This document shows positions 50,728 through 61,652 of a stretch of DNA of 64,000 nt, in pieces. Origin of the DNA: Hyphochytrium catenoides (Eukaryota; Protista; Hyphochytriomycota); the NCBI GenBank assembly GCA_900088475.1, contig FLMG01001193.1, positions 1-64,000 on the forward strand, written 5' to 3'. The notes beneath the pieces are model-generated. The model had not been told where the DNA came from and did no database searches. It saw only the letters and a program-made list of their open reading frames with translations. Within the stretch, counting starts at the first letter, position 1; every line of letters begins with the position of its first letter. The position numbers and the translations under genes are program-made.

Positions 50728-52482
50728 ATGGTGAGTCGAGCCTCTCTCAACTGCGGGATGGCGCTGGTGGGGATTGTGTGCCTGGCTGCGGGCACGTCAG
50801 GCGCCGAAAGTAGTGCTCCCTACTCCGGTGCGATCAAGTACTGGGTCGACCCCGACACTCCTGAAAGTGCTCACGCAATGGTAGCCACAGATGGCACCAA
50901 GATGATCCTAGTTGGCAGTGATGAGTTTGATGAAGAAGGAAGAACCTTCGCTTCTGGAGAGGATAAGATGTGGACGGCTTTGGACACTCCTGATATAACA
51001 AACCAAGCGATTGAATACCTGCATCCTTCGATGGTGACTACAGAGAGTGGGAACCTAAAGATGACTCTCTCTAAACAGATGATGGGAGGGAGGGAGTATG
51101 TCGGTGCGTCCATTCAGAGTTGGAATAAGTTTTGCTTCACTGGTGGGATTGTTGTTACTAGGAATTTATGGCCCAACGCTACGGGTACTTGGCCGGGGGC
51201 ATGGATGATAGGCAACCTTGGTCGACCCCAATACGAAGAGTCATGCAGGGGCGTCTGGCCATTCAGCTATAACATCTGTGACAAGAGCCCGGGAGCTAGT
51301 GGTCAGCGCATCAGCGCTTGCAACCCTAACCCTGGAGTTGGGCTGAACCCTAACCAAGGTCGTGGAGCTCCAGAGATTGACATCTTGGAGGCATGGGCCA
51401 GCCCTTCTACATACTTCTTCCCATCCTCTTACCAAGTTGCACCTTCCCTTCCGTTATACTTCAAGCCCTATGACGGACTGAAGCCAACGCAGCCCTATGG
51501 TGGACCACAAGCTAGGTCGTGGTATGGGGACGTCAAGTACGGGACGGACATCAACGACTGGTACGGGCATAACGGCGAGGGCTACTGGTCCAACGCTATT
51601 GCTAGCAAAAAGGTACTTACCTTCGCTGAGAGCTCGCAGTACAATGTGTACGCTGTGGAGTGGAAGCAAGGCGACACAGACGGATATATCAAGTTCCTGC
51701 TTAATGATCAGCTGTTGCTCTCCATACCGGCCTCGGCACTAAAGGGCAGATGCGACCCTGATGGCAACTGCGTTGGAGATAGGGATATTCCGAACGAGCC
51801 TCTCACCTTTATCTTCACCATGGCCCTTGCGCCTAGTTGGGCCGGAGGCGCTGCGGGACTAAGTGAGGTCCCAGCCCATTTCTACGTAGATTACATTCGC
51901 TGGTACCAGGATCCTGAAAAGGTCAGCATCGGATGTGATCCCAAGGACTATCCGACCAGGAAGTATATTGAGGCCAACCAGAAGCTTTACGGACCTCCAG
52001 CCTTGCCGACGCCACCAGAAGAAGCAACCTATTACTTCAGAAGCTCTCTTCCTATCGCAAAGACCCTGCCGTCACCTACCAAGACGTCTCCCTCATCTCC
52101 TGATAGTCCCAATAGCGAGACTCCTTCACCAGATATTGTGAACTCTGATGGAAGTCCGCAGCCGACCACCACGACGACGGATAACCCAGATAAATCATCA
52201 TTTTCCGGGCTCTCCTTAACGGCCAAGATGGGTCTTATTGCCGGAGGGAGTGCTCTATTGCTCGCCCTGGTTGCTGGTCTTATCATTTACGCTGTGCGCA
52301 TGAGCAAGAGAAGGAACCGTCATGATGACGAACATCCTGAAGCTTCTGGCGGAGCCCAACAGTCCCATGAAGAGACTCCCAAACCAGCTGCAACCACCGG
52401 GACCTATAATCGGACGGATTCAGTGAGTGGCCCTACTTCATCGACAGCGGCTACTGATGCCGCTCAGATAAGCAGTGTGTAG
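50728..52482 (+). CDS. KRE6/SKN1-like GH16 beta-glucan transglycosylase, type I membrane protein, no intron in CDS
   Basis: WVDPDTP, LVGSDEF, QSWNKFCFTGG, WPGAWMIGNLGR, WPFSY, GRGAPEIDILE, VDYIRWYQ, GCDPKDYPT. N-terminal signal peptide, S/P/T linker, TM. Confidence 0.92.
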   Translation: MVSRASLNCGMALVGIVCLAAGTSGAESSAPYSGAIKYWVDPDTPESAHAMVATDGTKMILVGSDEFDEEGRTFASGEDKMWTALDTPDITNQAIEYLHPSMVTTESGNLKMTLSKQMMGGREYVGASIQSWNKFCFTGGIVVTRNLWPNATGTWPGAWMIGNLGRPQYEESCRGVWPFSYNICDKSPGASGQRISACNPNPGVGLNPNQGRGAPEIDILEAWASPSTYFFPSSYQVAPSLPLYFKPYDGLKPTQPYGGPQARSWYGDVKYGTDINDWYGHNGEGYWSNAIASKKVLTFAESSQYNVYAVEWKQGDTDGYIKFLLNDQLLLSIPASALKGRCDPDGNCVGDRDIPNEPLTFIFTMALAPSWAGGAAGLSEVPAHFYVDYIRWYQDPEKVSIGCDPKDYPTRKYIEANQKLYGPPALPTPPEEATYYFRSSLPIAKTLPSPTKTSPSSPDSPNSETPSPDIVNSDGSPQPTTTTTDNPDKSSFSGLSLTAKMGLIAGGSALLLALVAGLIIYAVRMSKRRNRHDDEHPEASGGAQQSHEETPKPAATTGTYNRTDSVSGPTSSTAATDAAQISSV

Positions 52483-54106
52483 AGGGATTCCCGCCACTTA
52501 ATCTTAGGCAGCCCTGGTCCTAGAAATGAAGGGACAGTACTATTTCATATTATGAGCCAGGCACTTGTCTGGACAACAATCCTCCTATGATGAAGATAGT
52601 TTTCGGCAGGCCAACAACATATGACCACACAGTCCGATGTGGTAGCTGATGTCTCTACCTTCTAGTAAAGAGTTAAAGCTCATCATCAAGTTCTTGTTGG
52701 TCGTACTTGCGTGCCTGATTAATACTTAGCCTGCGCCATCCCCCCCCTAGTTCGTGGCCCATGCCGACGAAGGAGACCACTTCGCGTTGACCGTTGTCCA
52801 CAAAAAAGGATTCAGAGCGCCGCATTGACAGCGAGAAGTAGTGATAAATCTCATCTTCGCAGCTCCTGAGCCAGGGCCTTGCTTACTTTTTTTGCTACTC
52901 AATCACCAAGAGACCTGTAAAGAACACCACCGCAACCTTTGCCAAATACGACAGCATATGCCACCAGCGTGCTGCTGCCTTAAATGTCTCCATACTGAGA
53001 GCCTCAAAGAATCAAGCGGCTGTGACTCAAGTCGGCATATCCAGCTTCACTCACTATCTAATGGAGCTGCCGCCCTTCCGTGTGTTTTTTTGCCTCCATT
53101 TTCAGCACAGAGAGGAAGAGAAGATTGCGCAAGACGTGACAAACGACGGACCACCACTCCTTTTATAAAATCTACTGGAGATTAGGAAGTGACAACAATA
53201 GTTCCAGTTTCTTTCTTTTTAGGAAAGGCGACTACTATAAGATGATTTCCCTTCACACTTATAGTTAGGGCGGGCATATCTACGAACGGGACTTTATCAT
53301 CTAACCAAGTTCCTCATCAGCAATGGATGAGTGAAGTCACAGCGTTTAAGGATGGAATCAGAAGAGGTTTTATGAAAAGATGCAGAGAATAGGAAAGGCA
53401 AGGCAGCGGAAGCGGCCAGACAACGGATCTAATGAGTGAGATCACTGGCTTTGTTGTCCAATCAGCAAAGCAACAATCCTCCGTAGTCTTGGCAGAGTTC
53501 TTTGGGGAAGGAAGTTTCTTACCTCCTTCAATAGCATCTACTACTAAGATTGGAGATGAAGTGGATGTAGTCAATACTCTGCTATACAAAAAAGGAATCT
53601 TGTCAATTGCTGTGGATAAATCCCCTTGCATCTACTCATCGTGGTGCGGAGATGCGGAGGTGGCTTGTCAGGCCTCATCAACTGAATGAATCGGTTTCCT
53701 CTTATAAAAAAGCAGCCTCCTCAGCATCAACACTGAAGAATCAATGTCGATGTGAGGTACCAAGTTCAGATCGTGTTGGTCCAATGTCTGTAAGTCTGTA
53801 CCCCTTAGCTGTATAATGACTTTAATGACGGAGGAGGATACCATTCATTGATAGGAAAGCGCGCAGCTAAATATGCCAGTAAGCAAAAAGCAGTCATCTT
53901 GGCCAGCCACCCTCCTTCTTCCGACCTCAGTAATTTATGACTGGAGGACAGGTCTGCCGTCCAGTTGGTCGACAGTGCAGAATAAAGCGCTGCAAGTAGC
54001 CCAATAGGAAACAAGGCCAATGGCTAGCTGCCAGAACCTGGCCTCTGCTGCAGCCTGGGCCGCCAGCTGCAGCATCGAGAGTCGAGAGCCTCATCATCAT
54101 TGCCCT

Positions 54107-54518
54107 GAGGAATTCTCAAATCTAATACCATTTTTGAAAAGTTTTGATGAACCAAGTACCAATTGTTTTTTCCAGTACTGATTGAATCTTTCAAGTATAA
54201 TCGGAAATTCATAAAGTTCGCCTTAAAGCACTTTCGACTTTCCTGAGGATATGCCGATGTTCCACAATGGCCGGCAAATGCTAGAGGCTATGTATGACAT
54301 ATCCAAACTTGGCCGGAACTGCCTCGAAATTATTCCCTCCCAAACTCTTCCTAGCAAGAAAAGTCTCTGTCTGTTTGAACAACGGGCAATTTATAGTGCG
54401 CTGATGCTTTAAAGAGGAAACTCTGAAACATTCATCCAGACCGACCAGTACTGAAAAGTAAATTGGTACTTGGTCTAGCAAAACTTTTCAAATATGGTAT
54501 TAGATTTGAGAATTCCTC
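54107..54518. mobile_element. non-autonomous TIR element (MITE, Mutator-like)
   Basis: About 70-bp imperfect terminal inverted repeats: GAGGAATTCTCAAATCTAATACCATTTTTGAAAAGTTTTG... / ...CAAAACTTTTCAAATATGGTATTAGATTTGAGAATTCCTC. Flanks TCATTGCCCT (54097-54106) and TCATTGCCCC (54519-54528). AT-rich interior. Confidence 0.85.
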
Positions 54519-55577
54519 TCATTGCCCCTCATCAACCCTTGAAGTTCTGCTGCCCTGGTCGGTCGACAGCGGCTCATGCATTACAGTATTTTTACCTATG
54601 ACCCAATAGTTCGTCTCCGCCATCCTACTCACCGACCGCAGCTCTACAAGTACAACCTCTGCTAACCCCTACTACCCCAGAGCACCACCCACCCATCCCG
54701 ATAGACAGTTCCCCTAGCACTGTTTACAAGCAAGTTGCCATCTAAATAAAGCGTCTGTAGTGCTTACAGGGTAGAGAGGGGTTTGGAGGGCTAATAATAA
54801 GGCCATAGTTAATGTACCGACACCCCACATCCATCAGAACATTGCGCAAACCCTGGCTATGCAGCCTTTCCCTCCCTCCCTCCCGCTGCCTCACAGACTT
54901 TTCCTGCTTCTATCTATCTTGCTCTTCTGTCTGCAAATTCTCAATCAACTTGTATCCCATTCGAGCCATCTCTTTCAACTCTGTCTCATGGATTACTCCC
55001 TCCCTCATCCACCACTAACCAGCTCACTAACCTATCCCTCACATTCCTGCCCTCCACCCTCCCTCTCACAAGACTTGCAATGCCCAGGTCTGGAACTACT
55101 ACTCGTACGAGTTCTATTGGACTGAACGCCTAAAATGCCAGCCGACAGAGATCTCAGGCCCACACGCCCTGCCCTGTCTGTGTACGCTCCCACCCACTTA
55201 TACGGCCACGAAGCCAATCATACTATAGGGATGGGTGATCCCTTTGGGCAAATGAAGTCCCAGCTGGTACTCGTACTCTCCTTCCTGCAAGAACAAACCT
55301 TCATAAAAGGTCTGTAGAGAGACAGGCGAGGAAAGATTGAAGCACCGAGCAGTAGTAATATACTATCTTATATAGCTCTACCTAAATAAAGCTTTAGTAA
55401 TATTGTTGTTGAAGGTGATACATAAACAGTCCAGGATCCTTGGGGGGCTGTACCGTGGCCAGACGTATTATTGTGGTTTAGATGGGTGATTCCAAGACTA
55501 TGCTAGGCGTAATAATACCCTGGAATATCCTCAGGGCAGCTGGGCGCTTGTGGAGGAATTGACCGACGGGTGGGGAG

Positions 55578-55846
55578 GGAGAGAGAGACAAGCGCAGAGA
55601 GAGAGAGAGGAGGAGAGGAGGGGATGAGGTCAAATGGCAAGGTTACTTCCATAAGATACAAGAAAGAGTGTGAGGGAAGATGTGGACACGACGGCAGACA
55701 GAATAGGAGAGAGATATCCTGCTAGGTTGTCTAATCATCGTCAATAGCGCTAAAGAATAAACAAACATTCGAGGAAGAGGACCGTGAGAGCTAAAAGGTC
55801 TGAGCAAACCAGAGTAGTGACAGACAGAGAGAGAGAGAGAGAGAGG
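55578..55846. repeat. GA-rich simple repeats upstream of the WRKY19-like gene
   Basis: (GA)n runs at ~55580-55620 and ~55826-55845. Confidence 0.7.
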
Positions 55847-56131
55847 GGATCCTGCCAACCCAGCATGTTCCTATAGGAAACTCCACTCTCCTCCCTCTCT
55901 TCCTCCCAATCGACCTCTCTCCTCTCTTCTGGAAAGCCAGGAAGGAGCATCTTCTTTGCGACCAGATTTGCTTTTTCCGTCTCATCCGGAACTGTTATCG
56001 CTAATTCCAGAGCTCCAAGCTCGCCGCGCACTCGATTGATCAGAATCTCTCCATAAAGTCTTAAGCTTCGGCTTGCGGATCAGATATCCAAGAAGGAGAA
56101 TTGCTGAGCGTCACAGCTCAACCCAAGTACA

Positions 56132-57238
56132 ATGTGTAAGCCGGTGATACAAAACACCAAGTTTGCAGCGGCCTCGGCGCCGTTTTTCGTCGGCAAGAAC
56201 CCAGGTCTTGCCGGTCAGCCTTACAATGGCGGATTTGCTGCAGGTTCACCATACACCAATGCGGCACCTTATAACCCCAAGCAGCTCTATGAGTTCAACA
56301 TGGTTCAGACACCAGAGGGAAAAAATGTGAAGCTGGATCTAAATGCGGACCAGCTGTTGAACCTGTGGACAACCGTCAAGGATGTGAACGTTGTCGCACC
56401 CGCTCCAGTCAACTGTGCTCCTGTGCCGGTGGTTCCTGCTCAATCATTTGAAGAGCTCGCGCCTATTGAGGCATCTGCTATGAAGAATGAAGACAACTTA
56501 ACGTTCGATGACCTTTCTCTAGAGTTCCCGGAACTGCAAGATACTGATATCACCCCTCTTTTTGACATCTTGCTGGACGATGATGTCGCTGATATACTCA
56601 GCGAGTTTGTTGAAAGTGACAGCCTCGGACAATCTAGTGGCACGGCAGTCAAAGCCCAGTCATCTCAGGTTCAAGCCATTTCACCCAAAGCCAAGTCTAG
56701 TCATCACAAGATTTGCAGTCATGAGGGCTGCACAAAGTATGTGCGATCTCGTGGACTGTGCAAGGCCCATGGAGGTAGCCTACAATGCGTTGTTCCCGAC
56801 TGTGGCAGACAGAGCCAGGGAAATGGCTTGTGTATTAAGCACGGTGGTGGCCGACGCTGCGAAGTACCGAAATGCAATCGCGCCGCTCAGTCGAATCATA
56901 GATGCAAGAAGCATGGCGGAGGTCAACGATGCACAGTGGAGGGCTGCTATAAGTCTTCTCAGGGAGGCGGCCTCTGCCGGTCACATGGCGGTGGACAACG
57001 CTGCGGAGCCCCAGGGTGCAGTAAGGGGGCACAGCGTGATGGCTATTGTGCAGCTCACGGTGGCATTCGTCTGTGCGCAGTGGAAGGCTGCACAAGAAAT
57101 GACCGCGGTGGTGGACGTTGTGCTTACCACGGTGGCGGTAAGAGATGCAAGGTAGAGGACTGCATGAAGCCATCAAGAAAGCATGGACTCTGCGCCTATC
57201 ACTATAGAGCAATTGAAGGTCCTCAACGCCCAAGATAG
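56132..57238 (+). CDS. WRKY19-like Cys3His (C-x4-C-x9-C-x2-HGG) repeat protein, single exon
   Basis: Seven 24-aa repeats such as CTVEGCYKSSQGGGLCRSHGGGQR, preceded by an acidic-hydrophobic stretch. No WRKYGQK motif. Confidence 0.88.
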   Translation: MCKPVIQNTKFAAASAPFFVGKNPGLAGQPYNGGFAAGSPYTNAAPYNPKQLYEFNMVQTPEGKNVKLDLNADQLLNLWTTVKDVNVVAPAPVNCAPVPVVPAQSFEELAPIEASAMKNEDNLTFDDLSLEFPELQDTDITPLFDILLDDDVADILSEFVESDSLGQSSGTAVKAQSSQVQAISPKAKSSHHKICSHEGCTKYVRSRGLCKAHGGSLQCVVPDCGRQSQGNGLCIKHGGGRRCEVPKCNRAAQSNHRCKKHGGGQRCTVEGCYKSSQGGGLCRSHGGGQRCGAPGCSKGAQRDGYCAAHGGIRLCAVEGCTRNDRGGGRCAYHGGGKRCKVEDCMKPSRKHGLCAYHYRAIEGPQRPR

Positions 57239-57522
57239 AAGCCACCTTGAAATGCTCATTCTCTCCTACTCTCGGACACCCGGTCCGTCTAGCTGACACT
57301 GTTCAGTTCTGTCTCTTTGTGCGCGCTGGGCTGCCCATTGTATGCAGTTTATCTGTAGCCTAGAGGTTGCACAGCAACATAGACACACCTTCTCTGTTGA
57401 TATTACCTATAAATGATATGAAACTTTTCCTCGTAATCTGCTTTTAACTGACTTTTTCTCTGGTTGGGTTTGAGTGTGGATGGTTCTATGCTCAGAGCAG
57501 GAAGCCTGCGTCCTGGCTTGCT

Positions 57523-60500
57523 TTATCGAAGTAACTTTGCCGTGAGGTCACTCTTGATAATTGAGATCGTGCCTGCTTCCTTCAGCTCACGCTCGGTTAC
57601 CATTCCCTTGCTGCGCTTCACATTCGGGTTCCCAGTCAATCTTTGAGTGGTATCCTATGATGTAGGCATGCAGGGAAGTGGGGACCGTCATGAGGTACAT
57701 AGTACTGATGTAAGTACCATAGGGTTGCACTGTGTGCTCACCGGTTTGTTGTTCCCTTGGCCAGTGATTGCTGGCAGGAACCCACGCTCTGGCTCCGGAG
57801 GCTGGGTGTCTTTCTCCTGCTGCTAGAGATCAGCAGCAATGTTAGCAAAGCCTACAAAGCCTTGATGATGTTTACAGAAGAAACGTAACACACCAGCCTG
57901 ATCTTCTCTCCTTCTTTCCCTGTGAGAGCTAGGTCATCTGGCTTAGCCTCCGTTTGTCGAAAGACGCCATGGCCAGTAGTTGCTCCGATGGGTGGTGGAG
58001 GAAGCCGAGTAGGCTCTGCAAGGTGCACATAAGGTCTATCACGTGGCTGCTTACGCTTCCCACTCTCAGGAGAGAGGCGCCCTCCCACGCCACGGCTACT
58101 ATCTGGCTGTTGGTCTTCGGAACGAGCGTGTCCTCCAGAATCAGTGAGCGCCACGTCCCTCGCTCTCTGGAAACATGGGTAGAATGGATGCAGGGCCCGC
58201 GCAAGAGAAATGAGACGTAGAAACACAAAATGGAGGAAGAATCATGGGAAGGAGGGAGAGAGCGGGAGGGAACAGAGAGAGGAGCGAAGACGAGAGAGAC
58301 AGAGAGAGAGGGAGAGGAGGGGAAGGAAGGGAACTGAGGTGAATCCGAACACTGATCTTGAACAGGCATCAATGCTTACGCGGCTGGGGACGCGAGGTGG
58401 GCTCCAAGTTTTGCCGCCAGAATGCTGCTGACCCCAATCGGGGGAATTGATTAGCTCATAGTTCAGATCCTCCGACGCCTGGGCCTGGCCCCTCGTTGCC
58501 TGCGCCCTTCCTCCAGTGAGCCCATCTGACACTTGGCCTGATGACGACGGGGGCCGTCTAGAGGATAAAGGGTGACCAAGATTTGCGAGGTGTTAGCTAG
58601 AGAAACTAGGTAAGGGGGGGAAGATGGCGGAGTGCCATGTGCTCACTTGTTACTTGTCACGGACTGTGGGCTCTTTGGTCGAGGGCTACCTCCACTTCCG
58701 CTGGCACGTACTGTGGTGGTTGTCACTACGGACCCTGTCAGTCCTAAGACAGGCAAACGAGGTTAAGGAGGAGGATTAGAACAGTCTCTTTTCCAGACAC
58801 TTGTCTAAAGCTGAGAAAGAGCTAAATGGTGACTACCTTACCTTTAAGTCCGCTGCCACCTGCCAGGGCAAGCGTGTCTGGCGGTTGATCCTGTACGATG
58901 ATGGACGTAGACAGGGCATTTGTCTCTAGCAGCTTCTGGTGGAGCTAAACGGGAGCGAGAAAAAGAGAGCAGCATTAAATATGTTACGTGCAGACCTATC
59001 ATCATTAGAGCAGAAAGCTGTAAGCTTACCTGAAACTCTTTTTTGCTCATGTGCCTTTGGTCCTCTATCGGCTCTGGACCCTTGCGAACTACATCGCCGT
59101 ATCGAACCTCAACACCGGGAGCTAGCTTAATGGTCGCATCTAACGGCGGCTGATATGAAGCAGGTGCCTGCATTATGTAAGAAGATGAACTCAGTTTAGG
59201 TGTGAGTCACCACGAAGATAAACGTGTTAGGGGACAACCCTGCACCTTAAAGAATTCTTTTTGCGTTGAAGCATTGTCCCCTTGTTGCTGGTTCTTGTTT
59301 CCAGATGTTGACAGTGTCCTCCCGCGCTTTGTGGCTTTCTCGGCTACGACGTCTCTTCCTCCAGATGCCGAACTTATAGGGTCTGCCACCCTCACGTCGA
59401 GTTCGACACTCTGAGGGGGTAAATGATCCAAAAGCTTGGCATCTACCACTACGATGGAGCCATCAGTATCAAGCTGGTACTCTTTTCCCTTCATCTCCCT
59501 AGATAGTTGCTCAAACCTATTAACAGGAAGTCAGGATCTGGGAGGAGGTAGAGCATTAGACTAAAACAGACCTCTCCCGCTCATCTTGCTCTCTTTTCTT
59601 GATCTGGGCCAAAAGCTCCCTGTTGGCCTTGGCGGCTTCCTCTTCCTCTCTTAACTGGGTTTCAAACCATGTCTCTACTTTCTCTCCCTGCTCTTCTTTC
59701 TGTGCGAGAAGGAATAATGGGGAGCATGAGTGCCATCCCTGCCACCTTGATGTCATGAGCCAATGGACACTTACTTGAGCAGGGGAAGCAGCAAACTTTG
59801 GGGTCTTCGGCGTGGTTGGTATCTCCACGATCTGGGTGATATAATGGACCTTGGGAGGGCGGAGATACGAAGCCAGAACGGAGAGAAAGGCCATCGCAGT
59901 TAAGAAGATGGCTTATCCATGGTTGCAGAAAAAAGTAGGAGAGGTGCTCCTAGCTAGGAGGTTGTTTTGCTCACCTTCTCAGCGCCATTAGTAGGGTCTT
60001 CAACCTTCTTCTTGGCATTTGGTGACGTCCTCCGAATGCTGGATTCGGATGTTGATCGAGGACTAACAAGTTCCGCTGTCACATTTCTAGTTAAAGAGTG
60101 GAAGGAGTGCGTTTAGAGAAGATTGGAAGCCCCAGCAGTCGCAGGTTCGGCGGAAACCTTTTGGACCCGTTATTTTCCATCCTAGCCCTTCGCTTTACGG
60201 GTATGACATGCGTAGCCCATGTGTCTAGCTGCGATGGCTCTGGGAGGGTGAGTGTCGAAGGATCTTCTTCTAATTCAACCTATCGGAGTTAGGAAAGTCG
60301 CTTTAGACCATAGAAGCACGTCATGTGAGGCTAGAGCCCCGATCACTGACCTCGCGATCGGGCTCACTAAGCGCAATGCCTAGCGCTTCATACACTTCGG
60401 TGAGAAGCTCAATAGATGTTAGGCGTTCTTCCTGGTTGTGAAGGTAGTGCTCGTAAAAAAGAGCTGATCCGCGCTGAATAATGTCCTCGACCACATAATG

Positions 60501-60593
60501 GGCCGCAGACTCAGCCTCCCAGAAAGAGGACCTCTCTGGCTCCGCATGTACTGCAGGCACAGTCGGGGCGCCTCCACGGTGGGCTGAGCTCAT
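57523..60593 (-). CDS. conserved hypothetical protein, C2orf81/DUF4639-like N-terminus (multi-exon)
   Basis: AAHYVVEDIIQRG..FYEHYL, EEDP...PEPSQLDTWA..VIPV, YQLDTDG, IKLAPGV..KGP..MSKKEF. Family recalled from motif resemblance only. Confidence 0.6.
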
Positions 60594-61652
60594 AATTCTC
60601 TCCTAGGATACACTTGAGAGTAGCATCCCCCTCAACGTAGCTCTTGCGACAGAAGGACTGAGGGAAACAAATAAGTCATATATCCGTGTGCTAGGCGCTG
60701 TCCGGCCTCCAGAAAAGTGGATGGATGTTGATATGGATCTGATCTAATCCAATGACCCTTGACTTCATCGGACTGTTTGACGTCGTCCTCGCCTACTCTT
60801 ACCCTTGCCTCGGGTCCCTACAGCAGCGCAAAACTCAGTCAGCACGAGCTTGAGCTTTCATCAACCACCTTTAGACCCTACATCCAGCTGTTCCCCCGAG
60901 TGGGTTCAGCCGCGTAGCCTGGATGCCTTGATGGCCGGGCCCCTTCCGCCGTCAATCTTAGCACTCTCATGCTCCTCTTCAGCTTCCTCTTCTGTCCTCA
61001 GCTGCCGCTTCAGTAGCCGCCGCTGTTGGCGCTATTGATAACCGTTACCGGCTTTACATTTCCGTTACATTCTTGCACAAAAGGGAAAGCTTCTTGTGGG
61101 AAACGTTTCAATATTTTCTTGTGGGTGACCAAGAATATATATAAAGTCTGGAGTTGAATTCTTTTCAAGGAAAGACTCCGTTTAACAAAATTCTTCTTGA
61201 AAGATTGGTGACCAATTTTGTTGTCTTTTCTTGGTCTTGTTGTTATTTCTTCAGAGATAGTGCTACTGCCGGAGCTCCTGAAGCCCAAGGCGAAGGGAGG
61301 ACAAGCAGAAGGGAAGTGAACAGAAGGGGAAGCCTGTGTGGGCCCGAGCGCGGCCATCTAACGGTGAGACAGGCGAGGCAGAGACCTCACTCTCTTGGCT
61401 ATTCGGTATAGAAAGGGACAATGCCTTGGGCTTGTGGAGATGGACTAAGAGGCCCAGTCATCGACAGCTACTAGGAAGAAGGCCCTGATGGAAGGTGGGG
61501 GATAAGGGCTGCAGGGTAGGGTTAGAAATCGATTGATGTCTGATGGCTGACAGATGTCGAAGGAGAAGTTTGTTAGGGTTTCACGAAAGAGACCACGGTA
61601 TGTAAGATGAGAATGTTCTACCTCACGGCCTGACGTGCCTTGCAGCGGTAGC

